Source: Carcharhinus longimanus
Taxonomy: Eukaryota
Assembly (NCBI GenBank): GCA_030264375.1
Contig: JASCQW010000081.1
Location: forward strand, 60,504,224-60,568,223
Length of the DNA: 64,000 bases
Direction of reading: 5' to 3'
This document shows positions 63,583-64,000 of the stretch, one piece after another; position 1 is the first letter of the stretch; every line of letters begins with the position of its first letter. Made by a program: the position numbers and the translations under genes. Below the pieces are notes generated by a model. That model was not told where the DNA came from. It saw only the letters and a program-made list of their open reading frames with translations, and did not search any database.

Positions 63583-64000
63583 GCCCAGGTCTTCTAGTCT
63601 CATTAGTGACAATTCTGTGACATTTGCTGTTATTGACATGCAATGCAATTGCAAGTTCAAGGGAGCTAACTAACACTGGAACCCAAACCTTCCGGTTTGC
63701 CAGAAAAAGCTTCACGGGAACTCACACTATTAGCCCTGCCAGGACCTAACATGTAATCTTGGGCTGTTTGCCTGATACTTACTTTCTTGCAGTACAGTAT
63801 GAGCACTATTCCTAAAAGGCATAAAAGCACAGCCCCTTCAAATCATAATGGTCTTTGCACTTCTGTTAATCCAGTGCTAGTGCTGTTGAACACTTATACC
63901 GCCAGTTCACCACTCCTCCTCCCCCATAACTGTCACCATACCCTGTCCAGGAAACCCCTATCTACACCACTGACTCATGTGTACCCCCTCCCCACCCCCC

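Noticed and set aside
62880-63810. Minus-strand donor-like sites (near 62901 and 63777) as the first coding exon
   Set aside because: No convincing start codon, frame or similarity to NEK6/7 N-termini.
1-64000. Most ORF-track ORFs as genes, and any operon-like novel system
   Set aside because: This is eukaryotic intronic DNA. The ORFs are short, many use alternative starts or span Ns, and the recognisable ones are TE fragments or kinase exons.

Overview
This is vertebrate genomic DNA, not prokaryotic. The repeat complement (HE1/V-SINEs, HER1/CR1 LINEs, a SacSINE1-like DeuSINE and Penelope-like elements) points to a cartilaginous fish, probably a shark. It is a draft assembly with many N gaps. 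The only host gene I can support is a NEK6/NEK7-subfamily NIMA kinase (NEK7-like) on the minus strand. Six internal coding exons are visible (141, 63, 111, 109, 108 and 95 bp, all GT-AG and in frame), spread over 1956-55887, with one 33.9-kb intron. The last coding exons lie beyond the window start, and the first coding exon was not identified. The rest is intronic and full of decayed, often nested transposons: two Gypsy LTR remnants, CR1, Rex1-like and L2-like LINEs, a pogo/POGK-like transposase remnant, Harbinger-like MITEs, SINEs and Penelope-like elements (PLEs) carrying minimal hammerhead ribozymes. Most notable: (1) the kinase mixes NEK7-type and NEK6/ancestral-type residues and may be a third NEK6/7 paralogue; (2) a roughly 960-bp fold-back PLE carries hammerhead motifs, and two hammerhead motifs in the large intron are in sense with the kinase pre-mRNA; (3) a Gypsy copy has a displaced, inverted RT fragment; (4) a CpG-rich 29-bp tandem repeat sits behind a plausible cryptic splice acceptor. 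I found no convincing new multi-gene system. Repeat boundaries are approximate, and family names come from recalled consensus motifs, not from searches.
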